This document shows positions 1-9,389 of a DNA stretch of 64,000 bases, piece after piece (position 1 is the first letter of the stretch; every line of letters starts with the position of its first letter). The notes under the pieces were generated by a model. It had not been told where the DNA came from. It did not search any database and saw only the letters and a list, made by a program, of their open reading frames with translations. This DNA is from Candidatus Micrarchaeota archaeon. Lineage in GTDB: Archaea > Micrarchaeota > Micrarchaeia > Micrarchaeales > CABMGC01. The stretch is from assembly GCA_021801225.1 (NCBI GenBank), contig JAJYYF010000012.1:58656-122655 (forward strand), read 5' to 3'. The position numbers were made by a program, and so were the translations under genes.

Positions 1-423
1 TGGAACTTCATCAGTATCTCCTGCATGATAAACCCTTTTACCACCCATCTCTACAACATAACCTACCCACTTATTCTCCTTAGGGTGCATATTTAATCTC
101 TCCTTTGCAGTGTTGTATGCCGGTATTGTTGCTATCTTTACTCCTGAGTACTCATACTCTTTATTTGGCTCAACTCCTACAACATTTTTATTAGGTATTT
201 TTGCTACGCTATCTTTAGGAACAAAAATCTTCGTTGATGGTTTGGCAATCAATTCAATATCTTCTGGACTTAGATGATCAAAGTGTGGGTGGGTCACAAA
301 TATCATATCCGCTTTTTTAACAGGCTTTTTTAATTTATATGGGTCAATATAAATGTTTTTTCCTTCATAATCAAAAAGGAAACTTGCGTGTCCTAACCAT
401 CTTACAAAATCTATCTCCACCAT
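1..423 (-). CDS. MBL-fold metal-dependent hydrolase (N-terminal part; C-terminus lies outside the window)
   Basis: Own translation of the minus strand from ATG at 423..421: MVEIDFVRWLGHASFLFDYEGKNIYIDPY...ADMIFVTHPHFDHLSPEDI...VYHAGDTDEVP. It has a metallo-beta-lactamase-type THPHFDH motif and a downstream HAGDT. The frame is open to position 1. It is not in the ORF track because it is truncated. Confidence 0.7.
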   Translation of the reverse strand, partial: MVEIDFVRWLGHASFLFDYEGKNIYIDPYKLKKPVKKADMIFVTHPHFDHLSPEDIELIAKPSTKIFVPKDSVAKIPNKNVVGVEPNKEYEYSGVKIATIPAYNTAKERLNMHPKENKWVGYVVEMGGKRVYHAGDTDEVP

Positions 424-619
424 TTAATACACTTTTTTTACAATATTTATTTTATATAAAGTTATTTAAATATTCTTTATATTTTTTAGAAAAAGAATTT
501 TATACGCAAGATATATTAATCTGAAATTATTCAATACTTGATTATTTATTTTTAAAAAGACAAATTTAATTTTTTAAATTAATTAATGAATAATTAATTT
601 TTTAATATTCTGTGGATTT

Positions 620-1141
620 ATGCAAAATAATAATATAAGGAAATTAAATTTAGAATTAAAGAGCATTTTAAAAACAATAGTCCCTACTAATACAAAAATA
701 GAAGTTGTAGAATCTGATCTCATAAGTATTTTAGGTAAAATAAAAAGAAATAATGCTGAAAAATTAGGATTTGTTTCTGGAATAATAAGTTCAGATGGTG
801 AAAGACATATTCCTGCAAACATGGAAGCCTTAAATTTGTATACTGAATTTTACAGAGATTATACGCCATTTCCAGTTTTTTCTGCATCTGATATTTTCCA
901 CCCTTGGACAGTTGGGAAGTTCAACTTAACTAAACATGAATGGTCAACTTTTTGGACTAATATACTTAAATCAGGAAATATAACTGATGTTTTTATGACG
1001 CCCCGCTGGAATTTTTCATTTGGCTCAATAGAAGAACAAAAAACTGCAAAGGAGTTAAAACTAAAATTACATTATCACCAAAATAAAACAATTTTAATTC
1101 AAATACTTCAAAGTGTCAGGAGAGACCTAGAAAAAATTTAA
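620..1141 (+). CDS. hypothetical protein
   Basis: 173-aa ORF with normal composition and no motif I can name. The overlapping antisense ORF 583..822 looks spurious. Confidence 0.4.
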   Translation: MQNNNIRKLNLELKSILKTIVPTNTKIEVVESDLISILGKIKRNNAEKLGFVSGIISSDGERHIPANMEALNLYTEFYRDYTPFPVFSASDIFHPWTVGKFNLTKHEWSTFWTNILKSGNITDVFMTPRWNFSFGSIEEQKTAKELKLKLHYHQNKTILIQILQSVRRDLEKI

Positions 1142-1182
1142 AGTATTCTTAAGTTTAGATTTACCTTTTTTATAACCTTCAA

Positions 1183-1253
1183 TGGGCCCGCGGAGAATCG
1201 GACTCCGTTCTTTACCGTGTGAAGGTAACGTCTTACCATTGGACTACGGGCCC
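1183..1253 (-). tRNA. tRNA-Val (anticodon CAC)
   Basis: Minus-strand cloverleaf of 71 nt. Acceptor GGGCCCG/CGGGCCC is a perfect 7 bp with discriminator A. Anticodon arm is TTACC-TTCACAC-GGTAA and T arm is CGGAG-TCCGATT-CTCCG. Confidence 0.85.
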
Positions 1254-1328
1254 CTTTCAAATAACTTCAATTAAAATACGATACACAATGTTTATATATC
1301 TAAAAAAAGATAAATATATGTGATATAT

Positions 1329-1838
1329 ATGGCAAATAATTTAAGTAAAACTCCTGAAGTAAAATCACCTGAAAAAACAAGTAAATCAACCTTATTCACA
1401 TCTTTACGTGATTTGTTCATAAATGGAAACACAACAACCTTAAAATATCAAGAAAAAGAAATTATTCCGATTAATAACAAAGGCAATAATACATCTAATG
1501 GAAGGTATGGCCCAACATCTTCAAAAGCCTTTAAGGACGGTACAACTGCAAATACTATTTTAGAAGAAGCACTATTAAAATCAGTAATAAGAGAACTGAA
1601 AAATTCAAATCTTAACTCCTATACTAAATATGGCCTTTCATTTAAAAGAGTAAATGGCATATGGATACAGGATACGGTTCAGATAAAAGGAGATTTAATA
1701 GCAAATATAGGTACTATAATAATGGGCAAAGTTATATTTGAAAATGTTACTCTCCCTTCTTTCGTATCAGTTTTTGGAAATCCTTTCGATAAGAACCATA
1801 ACGTTCCAACAGTAACATTTACAGGAAAAATCTACTGA
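1329..1838 (+). CDS. hypothetical protein
   Basis: ORF 1320..1838. I prefer the ATG at 1329 (MANNLSKTPE...) over the GTG at 1320. A TTTATATA box lies about 35 nt upstream. No recognisable domain. Confidence 0.45.
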   Translation: MANNLSKTPEVKSPEKTSKSTLFTSLRDLFINGNTTTLKYQEKEIIPINNKGNNTSNGRYGPTSSKAFKDGTTANTILEEALLKSVIRELKNSNLNSYTKYGLSFKRVNGIWIQDTVQIKGDLIANIGTIIMGKVIFENVTLPSFVSVFGNPFDKNHNVPTVTFTGKIY

Positions 1839-1841
1839 AAT

Positions 1842-2303
1842 TCAAACATTAAAATACTCTTTGAATTTTTCAGTAGTCATTATTTTTTTACTAGTTTTAA
1901 ATTTTTTAGAAGTTATAAAATCATTTTCTGTTAATTCTTTTATATGGTCATATGTAGAACTGCCAAAAATTTTTACTAGAGAACTTTGAAGGATACCCTC
2001 ATTCTTATTAACATACGCTAAAATTCTTAAGGCCCCCTTTGTGATATCAGGTCCTCCTGCTAAACTACTGACCTTTGAGGCGTATGGCTCTTTTAGACTA
2101 AACATATACTTATCTCCTATTTTAACTATCTCTAGAGAGGTATCGCTTGTTTTATACTTATTGATAAGTTCATCCATTATTTTTTCTATATTTATTTTAG
2201 TAGCTACTCCAGTTTGTTTTGATAACTCTTCTATGCTTATTGCTTTTGATGCCATAAACAAAGCAGCTTCTATTAATTTATTATAATCTATATTTGATTC
2301 CAT
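1842..2303 (-). CDS. scpB: segregation and condensation protein B (ScpB)
   Basis: 153 aa with an N-terminal winged-helix pattern (LIEAALFMASKAISIEELSKQTG...). It sits directly downstream of ScpA on the same strand with a 4-nt gap. Confidence 0.75.
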   Translation of the reverse strand: MESNIDYNKLIEAALFMASKAISIEELSKQTGVATKINIEKIMDELINKYKTSDTSLEIVKIGDKYMFSLKEPYASKVSSLAGGPDITKGALRILAYVNKNEGILQSSLVKIFGSSTYDHIKELTENDFITSKKFKTSKKIMTTEKFKEYFNV

Positions 2304-2307
2304 TCCT

Positions 2308-3024
2308 TCAACCTGCTAATTTTATTATTATTTCTCCAAAGAACTCTTCCTGCATTAAATAAATCTTTCCTTTATGGGCTAAAAACAATAATGGTATAAA
2401 TAATCCTACAATGATATCATTATTTCTTATAGATACTTCTTTAGATAAATATGAAAATGTGGTCATACTTTGATTATCTACATTTTTTTTAATTGTTTCA
2501 TGTAACTTTTCAATTTCTTTTTCCATGTCTATCTCTTCAAACTTCAAATCAAACTGTACTCCTTTAAGTAAACTTGCATTTGATTTTTTATCCTTAATCT
2601 TCATTGCTTCTTCAAGTGCATGTATAAGCTCAACTAAAGCAATTTTCCTTTTTATTGGAGGTCTTAATCTAAGTGATAACTCATCAATTAACACCGGTTC
2701 TCTTTTGAAAACATCTTCTTCAGGCATTTCTTGAAGCTCTTGCCTTTCGAATAAACTTAACATCTCACTCTTTAATCTTAAAAGGAGCGCAGCTGCAAGT
2801 ATTATATTTGCAGGAACTCTTAAATCCATAACTTTTAATTTCTTAATTGCATTTATGTACTTATCAACTATATCTACTATGTCTATATTCCAAGGATCTA
2901 ACTCATTATTTCTTACTAAATCAACTAAAATATCTTTCCATGTAGCGTCACTTACTAAAATAGAAAGATCTACCTTATTCGAATCTTTTTCTATACCTAA
3001 TGCTTCAAGTTCCTGAATCGCCAT
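2308..3024 (-). CDS. scpA: segregation and condensation protein A (ScpA, kleisin)
   Basis: 238 aa. The stretch DPWNIDIVDIVDKYINAIKKLKVMDLRVPANIILAAALLLRLKSEML is typical of ScpA, and it is paired with scpB. Confidence 0.8.
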   Translation of the reverse strand: MAIQELEALGIEKDSNKVDLSILVSDATWKDILVDLVRNNELDPWNIDIVDIVDKYINAIKKLKVMDLRVPANIILAAALLLRLKSEMLSLFERQELQEMPEEDVFKREPVLIDELSLRLRPPIKRKIALVELIHALEEAMKIKDKKSNASLLKGVQFDLKFEEIDMEKEIEKLHETIKKNVDNQSMTTFSYLSKEVSIRNNDIIVGLFIPLLFLAHKGKIYLMQEEFFGEIIIKLAG

Positions 3025-3132
3025 GATAAATATTCAATCAAGCATAAATAAATATCTTTTCAAGCTTCGATATAAATAAAAATACCAAGTAGATTTTAAT
3101 ACCTTTAATCTTTATTAATATTGGTGTAAAAC

Positions 3133-4752
3133 ATGCAGAGCTTCAAGAACGAATTTACTTATAGAAGTTTTCTAGATTCCGGAAAAGAGGAGGAGTTTGA
3201 TTCTTTATTTGATAACGCAGTTGAAAAAGTAAAAACAGAGTATTTTGGTAAAAAATATCCTATAATTATAAACGGAGAAGAAATATATTTAGAAAGCGAA
3301 TTAATTGAAAAATCTCCAATAAACGGATTAACATTGGGAATATTTCAAAAAGGCTCAAAAAGTGAGGCAGTAGCCGCAATAGAATCTGCAAACAATACCT
3401 TCGATGAATGGAGCCAAGTAGATTATAAAAAAAGGGTATCTATATTTAGAAAAGCAGCTAAAAATATATCTGAAAAAAAATTTGAGTTTGCAGCAGTTTT
3501 AAGTTTCGAAAATGGTAAAAGTAGATATGAATCAATGGGGGAGGTTGATGAAGCCATTGATTTTATAAATTATTACTCTAATGAATTGGAAAGAAATAAA
3601 GGTTTTATAAGGAAAAACATCATTTCAGGAACACAATCAAAAGTTGAATCAGGTTTTCAAGGAGCTCCAGGAAAGGAAGAAAAAATAAAAATAGTTATGA
3701 AACCCTATGGTGTTTTTGGAATAATAGCACCATTTAACTTTCCAGTTTCAATTTCTGCAGGCATGAGTACTGGAGCAATGATAACTGGAAATACAATAGT
3801 TTTCAAGCCATCCTCTACTGACAATATGACTATGCTTACTGGTTACCTACTGTATAAAGCATTTTCAAATGCTGGTCTTCCTCCTGGGGTCTTCAATTAC
3901 TTAACAGGTCCTGGTTCAGAAGTAGGTTCAGAATTATCTACAAATAAACTAGTACGAGGAATTGCATTTACTGGTTCAAGAACAGTTGGAATGTCAATGA
4001 TAACTCAAAGTTATTCTTTAGGAAATCAAATGGTATTTGTAGTAGAGATGGGTGGTAAAAATCCAGTAATAGTCTCTAAATATGCGAATATCGATTCTGC
4101 TGTTTCAGGAATCTCAAGTGCAGCTTTTGGCTATTCAGGTCAAAAATGTAGCGCAGCTTCAAGGGTTTATGTACATAATGAAATAAAAGATGAATTTATA
4201 AAAAAACTTTTAGAAAAAGTATCATTACTTAAAATAGGTGATCCTATTAAAAAAGAAAATTTTATAGGTCCATTAATAAGTGGCTCATCATTAATCCGTT
4301 ACAAAGAATCGGTAGATGAGGTTAAAAAATCTGGAAAGTTACATTTCGGAGGAAATATCTTAGATTTAGGCATGGGCGGTAATTATGTTGAACCTGTTGT
4401 TGCAGAAGTATCAAAAGACAATATTCTATTTAAAAATGAGTTATTCCTTCCATTTTTAGTAATAACTTCATATTCTGAACTTGAAGATGCACTCAAAGAA
4501 GCAAACAATACTCCTTATGGGCTTACTGCTGGTTTTTATAGCGAAAGAAGAGCAGAAATTAAATACTTCTTGAAAAATATAAAAGCAGGAGTAGTATACG
4601 TAAATAGAGAGATAAGTGCAACTACTGGAGCCATAGTAGGTTTTCATACATTTGTGGGTTGGAAAGGTAGTGGTTTTACAGGTAAAGGTACGGGAAGTAA
4701 GTTCTATTTAGAACAGTTCATGCGTGAACAAAGTCAAGCTGTAGTGGAGTAA
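3133..4752 (+). CDS. aldehyde dehydrogenase family, 1-pyrroline-5-carboxylate (glutamate semialdehyde) dehydrogenase-like
   Basis: 539 aa with ALDH motifs FTGS, EMGGKNPVIV (catalytic Glu) and GQKCSAASR (catalytic Cys). Length and N-terminal extension resemble RocA/PruA-type enzymes. Confidence 0.8.
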   Translation: MQSFKNEFTYRSFLDSGKEEEFDSLFDNAVEKVKTEYFGKKYPIIINGEEIYLESELIEKSPINGLTLGIFQKGSKSEAVAAIESANNTFDEWSQVDYKKRVSIFRKAAKNISEKKFEFAAVLSFENGKSRYESMGEVDEAIDFINYYSNELERNKGFIRKNIISGTQSKVESGFQGAPGKEEKIKIVMKPYGVFGIIAPFNFPVSISAGMSTGAMITGNTIVFKPSSTDNMTMLTGYLLYKAFSNAGLPPGVFNYLTGPGSEVGSELSTNKLVRGIAFTGSRTVGMSMITQSYSLGNQMVFVVEMGGKNPVIVSKYANIDSAVSGISSAAFGYSGQKCSAASRVYVHNEIKDEFIKKLLEKVSLLKIGDPIKKENFIGPLISGSSLIRYKESVDEVKKSGKLHFGGNILDLGMGGNYVEPVVAEVSKDNILFKNELFLPFLVITSYSELEDALKEANNTPYGLTAGFYSERRAEIKYFLKNIKAGVVYVNREISATTGAIVGFHTFVGWKGSGFTGKGTGSKFYLEQFMREQSQAVVE

Positions 4753-4756
4753 TAAA

Positions 4757-5161
4757 ATGTGTTTTACAAAATTTCTTTACAAAATATTAAGATTCAAGAC
4801 AAAAAAAATTAAGTTAGATAAAAAAACAATCAATGTTTTAATAGCAGATTCCTTCTTCAAGCAAATGCTTGGTTTAATGCATAGAACATCTTTAGGTAAA
4901 GACCAAGGTATGCTTTTTATTTTTGGAATACCCTCAAAATATGGAATTTGGATGTTAAATATGAAGTTCAGTATAGATATAATATGGATTGATAACAACT
5001 TCAAAATAACTGACTTTCTAGAAAATGTAAAACCTTGTAAATCTTTATTTAGTTGTAAAACCTTTTATCCAAAGACCTCATCTAAATACGTTTTAGAAGT
5101 AAATTCAGGGTTTATTAAAAATAATAAAATAACTAAATCGACAAAGATAAGCTTAATATAA
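4757..5161 (+). CDS. DUF192-domain protein
   Basis: 134 aa. The pattern ADSFFKQMLGLMHRTSLGKDQGMLFIF...IWMLNMKFSIDIIWID matches the DUF192 pattern as I remember it. Confidence 0.6.
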   Translation: MCFTKFLYKILRFKTKKIKLDKKTINVLIADSFFKQMLGLMHRTSLGKDQGMLFIFGIPSKYGIWMLNMKFSIDIIWIDNNFKITDFLENVKPCKSLFSCKTFYPKTSSKYVLEVNSGFIKNNKITKSTKISLI

Positions 5162-5187
5162 TTTTGATATAAATATTATTTGATTAA

Positions 5188-5556
5188 ATGGAAATAATAT
5201 ATAATCCTCCTAAAAAAATTGTACTTCATGAGATATATCATTTTAAAACTATAGAAGAGCTTGTTAAAACTCGTACATCAAATGATGGAACTAGAAATCT
5301 TTTCTGGGCAAACGGTTTACTTTTTGTAATGTATTTATCTAATTCAGATAAGTCAAAAGATCAAGAGCTAGACGGTATAATAAATATTCAATTTTTTGAC
5401 TATGTGGAAATGGATGAATATAAAGAAATAATTGAGTTTGAAGATAATTTTTTAAAATTAGTAAAAGCTAGAGTATTTAATTATGGGTTCATACCATTTT
5501 TTATGGAACTAACTCAATGGATAAAAAACAATGAATCAAAAAAACTTTGGGAATAA
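5188..5556 (+). CDS. hypothetical protein
   Basis: 122-aa ORF with ordinary composition and no recognised motif. Confidence 0.4.
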   Translation: MEIIYNPPKKIVLHEIYHFKTIEELVKTRTSNDGTRNLFWANGLLFVMYLSNSDKSKDQELDGIINIQFFDYVEMDEYKEIIEFEDNFLKLVKARVFNYGFIPFFMELTQWIKNNESKKLWE

Positions 5557-5603
5557 TCTCTACTTCAAAAAGCTTTAAAAATCTTTACTTCTATTGATAT
5601 ATA

Positions 5604-6209
5604 GTGATATTTGTGCCACGTAAAAGAGTAAATAGAAGAAAAAATTTATTCAAAAGATTAGAGTTTGGAAGTAAAGGAAAAGCACTTGAAACCTTCCTTT
5701 TAACTGAAATATTAATAATTTTAGTAGTTGGTATAGTAGGTTACTTCAGATTTCCAGTTTATATTCCTGTGCATTACTTTAATGGCATACCTAACGCATA
5801 TGGCCAAAGTATCTTCTTTCCCTTAACTGCTGTAATATTATCCATAGCGCCAATAATTGTGCTTCTAATCTCGAAGTTCAGATATACTCTTCTCAATAAA
5901 TATCCTTACTTCATTAATATGCCTGTTTTTTATTACTCAGAGATAAGTAGATTTAAAAGAGAAAAAAGAAGTTACTGGGTTAACAAATACTTTGAACTTG
6001 TTTTAGGAATAGGAGCATCAATAGGCGGTTTAATGTTAATCACAATATTTGACATATATGAAGGAACAGTAAATTACTTCTTCCCACCAAATATATCTAT
6101 TTTAATGATAATCTGGATCTTAGGTACAATATTGTTCCTATATATTTACTTGAAAAATTTATATAAACAAATAATCACTAATAAAGCAAAAAGTACTAAA
6201 TCAAAATAA
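5604..6209 (+). CDS. integral membrane protein, DUF1648-like
   Basis: 201 aa with a GTG start and about 4 TM helices. The IPVHYFNGIPNAYGQS motif resembles DUF1648/SdpI-type N-termini. Confidence 0.45.
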   Translation: MIFVPRKRVNRRKNLFKRLEFGSKGKALETFLLTEILIILVVGIVGYFRFPVYIPVHYFNGIPNAYGQSIFFPLTAVILSIAPIIVLLISKFRYTLLNKYPYFINMPVFYYSEISRFKREKRSYWVNKYFELVLGIGASIGGLMLITIFDIYEGTVNYFFPPNISILMIIWILGTILFLYIYLKNLYKQIITNKAKSTKSK

Positions 6210-6222
6210 ATAGGTCAAACTA

Positions 6223-6630
6223 ATGTCATTCATAAGTGAGTTCAAAGCATTCATGACAAAAGGCAATGTAATTGATCTTGCAGTTGCTGTAGTGATAGGC
6301 ACTGCGTTCAATGCTGTAATAACAGCTCTCGTAAATGATATAATAACTCCGTTAATCGGAGTTGCCGGAAATATTAATTTTGCTGGGATAACTTATACTG
6401 TTAATAATAGTACATTTCTAGTTGGTACATTTCTTAACGCAATAATAAGTTTTTTTACTATAGCTTTGGTAATATTTTTATTGTTAATAAAACCTGCAGA
6501 AAAGCTAAAAGAGAGATCAGCAAAGAACAAACCATTACCTATTGTTGATACTAAAGTATGTCCAGAATGTTTATCAACAATACCTCTGAAAGCAACTCGT
6601 TGCGCATTTTGTACATCTAAAGTAAAATAA
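6223..6630 (+). CDS. mscL: large-conductance mechanosensitive channel MscL with C-terminal CxxC...CxxC zinc-ribbon tail
   Basis: FKAFMTKGNVIDLAVAVVIGTAFNAVITALVNDIITPLIG is the MscL TM1 signature. A second TM follows, and the C-terminus reads CPECLSTIPLKATRCAFCTS. Confidence 0.85.
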   Translation: MSFISEFKAFMTKGNVIDLAVAVVIGTAFNAVITALVNDIITPLIGVAGNINFAGITYTVNNSTFLVGTFLNAIISFFTIALVIFLLLIKPAEKLKERSAKNKPLPIVDTKVCPECLSTIPLKATRCAFCTSKVK

Positions 6631-6631
6631 T

Positions 6632-7156
6632 CTATTTTATAAATTTTTTAAACTCTTTTTTAATTTTTTCAACCTTTGGCGTTATAACATAACTGCAATA
6701 TGGTTGTTCTTTGTTTTTAGAGTAGTATTTTTTATGATATTCTTCAGCAGGATAAAATTCATCCAGCTTTTTTACCTCAGTTACAATTTTTTTATCAAAT
6801 ATTCTCTGCTTTTGTTCTATAAACATCTCAATTTCTTTCTTCTGAACCTCATCATAATAATAAATTGCAGATCTATATTGAGTGCCTGCATCCGCTCCTT
6901 GTTTGTTTAGTGATGTTGGATCGTGCATCTCAAAAAATGCCTCTAAAAGGGTATTTAATGACAACTCTCGTTCTTCATACTCTATCATTAGAACTTCAGC
7001 ATGTCCTGTACCGTCATTGCAAACTTCTTCATAACTTGGGTTAGGTTTAATACCTCCTGCATATCCTGGAATTGTATTTTTTACACCTTTTAAAATATTG
7101 AAAACTGCTTCTGTACACCAAAAACAACCTCCTCCAAAAACAATTTTTTTAATCAT
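6632..7156 (-). CDS. msrA: peptide-methionine (S)-S-oxide reductase MsrA
   Basis: Has the GGGCFWCTEAVF active-site motif. 174 aa. Confidence 0.9.
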   Translation of the reverse strand: MIKKIVFGGGCFWCTEAVFNILKGVKNTIPGYAGGIKPNPSYEEVCNDGTGHAEVLMIEYEERELSLNTLLEAFFEMHDPTSLNKQGADAGTQYRSAIYYYDEVQKKEIEMFIEQKQRIFDKKIVTEVKKLDEFYPAEEYHKKYYSKNKEQPYCSYVITPKVEKIKKEFKKFIK

Positions 7157-7160
7157 GTAA

Positions 7161-7547
7161 TCAGTTTTTATCTTGTATAAATTTCATAGATATTGAGTTT
7201 ACACAATGCCGTGTATTTCTTTTTGTAAATCCTTCTCCCAAAAACACGTGGCCTAAATGTGCTCCACAATTGGCACATTGTATTTCTGTTCTCTCTCCGT
7301 CAGGATCAGGTACTTTTTTAACAGCTCCTTTAATCTCTTGATCAAAACTTGGCCAACCGCAATGTGCATCAAACTTATCCTCTGATTTATATAAAGGAGC
7401 ATTGCATCTTTTGCAAATATAAACTCCTTTTCTATTTTCGTGTTCATACTCTCCAGAAAAAGGCATTTCAGTACCTTTTTCTATTATCACATATTCTTCT
7501 TCTTTTGTTAGTTTATTATAATTATTTTTATTTTTTGAGTTATTCAT
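7161..7547 (-). CDS. msrB: peptide-methionine (R)-S-oxide reductase MsrB
   Basis: Has CxxC (CKRCNAPLY), CGWPSF, a second zinc-site CxxC (CANCGAHLGHVF) and RHCVNS. It lies directly upstream of msrA. Confidence 0.9.
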   Translation of the reverse strand: MNNSKNKNNYNKLTKEEEYVIIEKGTEMPFSGEYEHENRKGVYICKRCNAPLYKSEDKFDAHCGWPSFDQEIKGAVKKVPDPDGERTEIQCANCGAHLGHVFLGEGFTKRNTRHCVNSISMKFIQDKN

Positions 7548-7708
7548 ATTATCATCTCTTATTAACCTTATTTATCATTTAACACTATTAAACCAATACT
7601 TGCATAATTTTTTGTAATTCTATCTTAAAAGTTTCTTAACTTTTATATAAAAATATATAATGCAATTGTATAAATAGGTTTATTTACCAATAATTTATAG
7701 GTAATTAA

Positions 7709-8071
7709 ATGGCAACACAGAATCAAGCAGGAATTGAAGATATAGAAAAATTATTGAAGGATTACCAACTTCTTCAAGAGCAAATGAGAAGCATAGTTAT
7801 GCAAATAGAACAAATGCAATCTCAAAAAATTGAGTTAGAACGTGCAAAAGAAGAACTTGAAAAATCTTCAGGAAAGGTCTTTTTAACAGTAGGTAATGTA
7901 ATAATAGAGAGTTCAAAGGATAAAGCTAAAACAGATATAGAAGATAAGCATTCAATGGTAGAAATACGTTTACAATCTATGAATAAACAATATACAGAGA
8001 TGAAAAGTAAAGATAGGCAGCTTAATGAAAAACTAACTCAAATATACAAAAATGGTCAGGGACAGCAGTGA
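7709..8071 (+). CDS. pfdB: prefoldin beta subunit
   Basis: 120 aa with two coiled-coil arms flanking a short beta-hairpin region (KVFLTVGNVIIESSKD), which is the typical prefoldin-beta architecture. Confidence 0.7.
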   Translation: MATQNQAGIEDIEKLLKDYQLLQEQMRSIVMQIEQMQSQKIELERAKEELEKSSGKVFLTVGNVIIESSKDKAKTDIEDKHSMVEIRLQSMNKQYTEMKSKDRQLNEKLTQIYKNGQGQQ

Positions 8072-9072
8072 GAAGGCTAAAAAGCATAGAAGAATTAACT
8101 AAATTTATAACAGACAGAAAATATAAAAATACCTTAATAACATTTCATAGTATTGGTGATAGGGACTGTATAGGTTCTTCTATACCTCTAAGCAAAATAT
8201 TCAAAAATGTTCAAATAAGCACTCCTGATTTTATAACTAAAAACTCCTCAAAATTACTTGAAAATCTTCAATTAAATAATTTGATAAATACATTTTCTAA
8301 AATAGACGTGGATCTTATTATTGTACTAGACTCAAATAGGTTTGAGTTATTAAGCAATGCAAAAGAATTTATTATCTTATCAAAAGCAGAGGTATTATTC
8401 ATAGATCATCATGAACTGCCCTCTAAATCTGATTATTACTCAAATCAATTTATCTTTAATGATGAGGATTACAACTCTACATCAAGTATAATCTATGAAG
8501 TATTAAAGAAAATAGGCACAAACATCAATAATAATGATTCAATACTTCTTCTTAATGGCATAGTTTCTGATAGTGCAAACTTTGAAAACTCCTCCCCTTT
8601 AACATTTCTTCAAATTTCTGAACTTCTAAAAAATTCTGGTTTAAGATACTCAGAAGCAATCTCTGCACAACAATTAATGAGCCCTATTTCACGGAAAAAT
8701 ATCCTTACTGATTTATTAAATGCTAAGATAACTCAAAAAGGGAGGTACTTGATAATAAGTGGTATGGCATTGCATCATGCAAATCTTGCAGCAGAAGCTG
8801 CATTAAAATCAGGTGCAGATTTCTCAATTTTTTATTCTATACATGAAAATGAGGTTTCAATTTCAGCAAGACTGAGATCCTCTCTAGATAAAGAATTAGG
8901 TATTCATCTAGGGAGATTAATGGAGCCATTGGGTAGTATACTTGATGGTACAGGGGGTGGTCATCCATGCGCAGCTGGTGCTTATGGTAGTAAAAAAGTA
9001 GCAATAAAACTAGCTTTCAATAAAGTAATAGATGAAATATCAGAGAAATTCATTTTGAAAAGTAAAAAATAA
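8068..9072 (+). CDS. DHH/DHHA1-family phosphoesterase (NrnA/RecJ-like)
   Basis: Has DHH motif FIDHH and DHHA1 motif GGGHPCAAGA. The GTG start overlaps the pfdB stop (GTGA). Confidence 0.75.
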   Translation: MRRLKSIEELTKFITDRKYKNTLITFHSIGDRDCIGSSIPLSKIFKNVQISTPDFITKNSSKLLENLQLNNLINTFSKIDVDLIIVLDSNRFELLSNAKEFIILSKAEVLFIDHHELPSKSDYYSNQFIFNDEDYNSTSSIIYEVLKKIGTNINNNDSILLLNGIVSDSANFENSSPLTFLQISELLKNSGLRYSEAISAQQLMSPISRKNILTDLLNAKITQKGRYLIISGMALHHANLAAEAALKSGADFSIFYSIHENEVSISARLRSSLDKELGIHLGRLMEPLGSILDGTGGGHPCAAGAYGSKKVAIKLAFNKVIDEISEKFILKSKK

Positions 9073-9150
9073 TTTTATACTTTGAAGTACACTTAAATAA
9101 AAATAAACAAGTGTTTTTATTTGTTTTTAAACATATATTAGGCATGTCAT

Positions 9151-9225
9151 GGGTCCGTAACTCAGCTTGGCCAGAGTGGAAGGCTTTTAACCTTTAAGTC
9201 GTGGGTTCAAATCCCACCGGGCCCG
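9151..9225 (+). tRNA. tRNA-Lys (anticodon UUU)
   Basis: 75-nt cloverleaf. Acceptor is GGGTCCG/CGGGCCC, D arm ACTC...GAGT, anticodon arm GAAGG-CTTTTAA-CCTTT, T arm GTGGG-TTCAAAT-CCCAC, discriminator G. Confidence 0.9.
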
Positions 9226-9389
9226 TTATTTTAACATAAACTAACGTTGTTTAAATTTAAAACTGTGTTTTTAAAATAATTAGAGAAAAACTGCTATTTT
9301 TGAGTAATATCCAATCAACTTCTCATTTAATCAGCACTAGATAACTTTGATTGTAATTTATAATATACTAATTAATGAAAAAGTATCAT

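Noticed and set aside
339-822. ORFs 339..524 (+) and 583..822 (-).
   Set aside because: 339..524 mostly overlaps the 5' end of the MBL-fold hydrolase gene I translated on the minus strand and then runs into AT-rich spacer. 583..822 is antisense to the more protein-like 620..1141 ORF.
6541-6630. C-terminal CxxC...CxxC zinc-ribbon tail on MscL, considered as a novel fusion.
   Set aside because: I recall similar Cys4 tails (CP.CLS.IP..ATRC..CTS) on MscL homologues from other prokaryotes. It is probably a known family variant.
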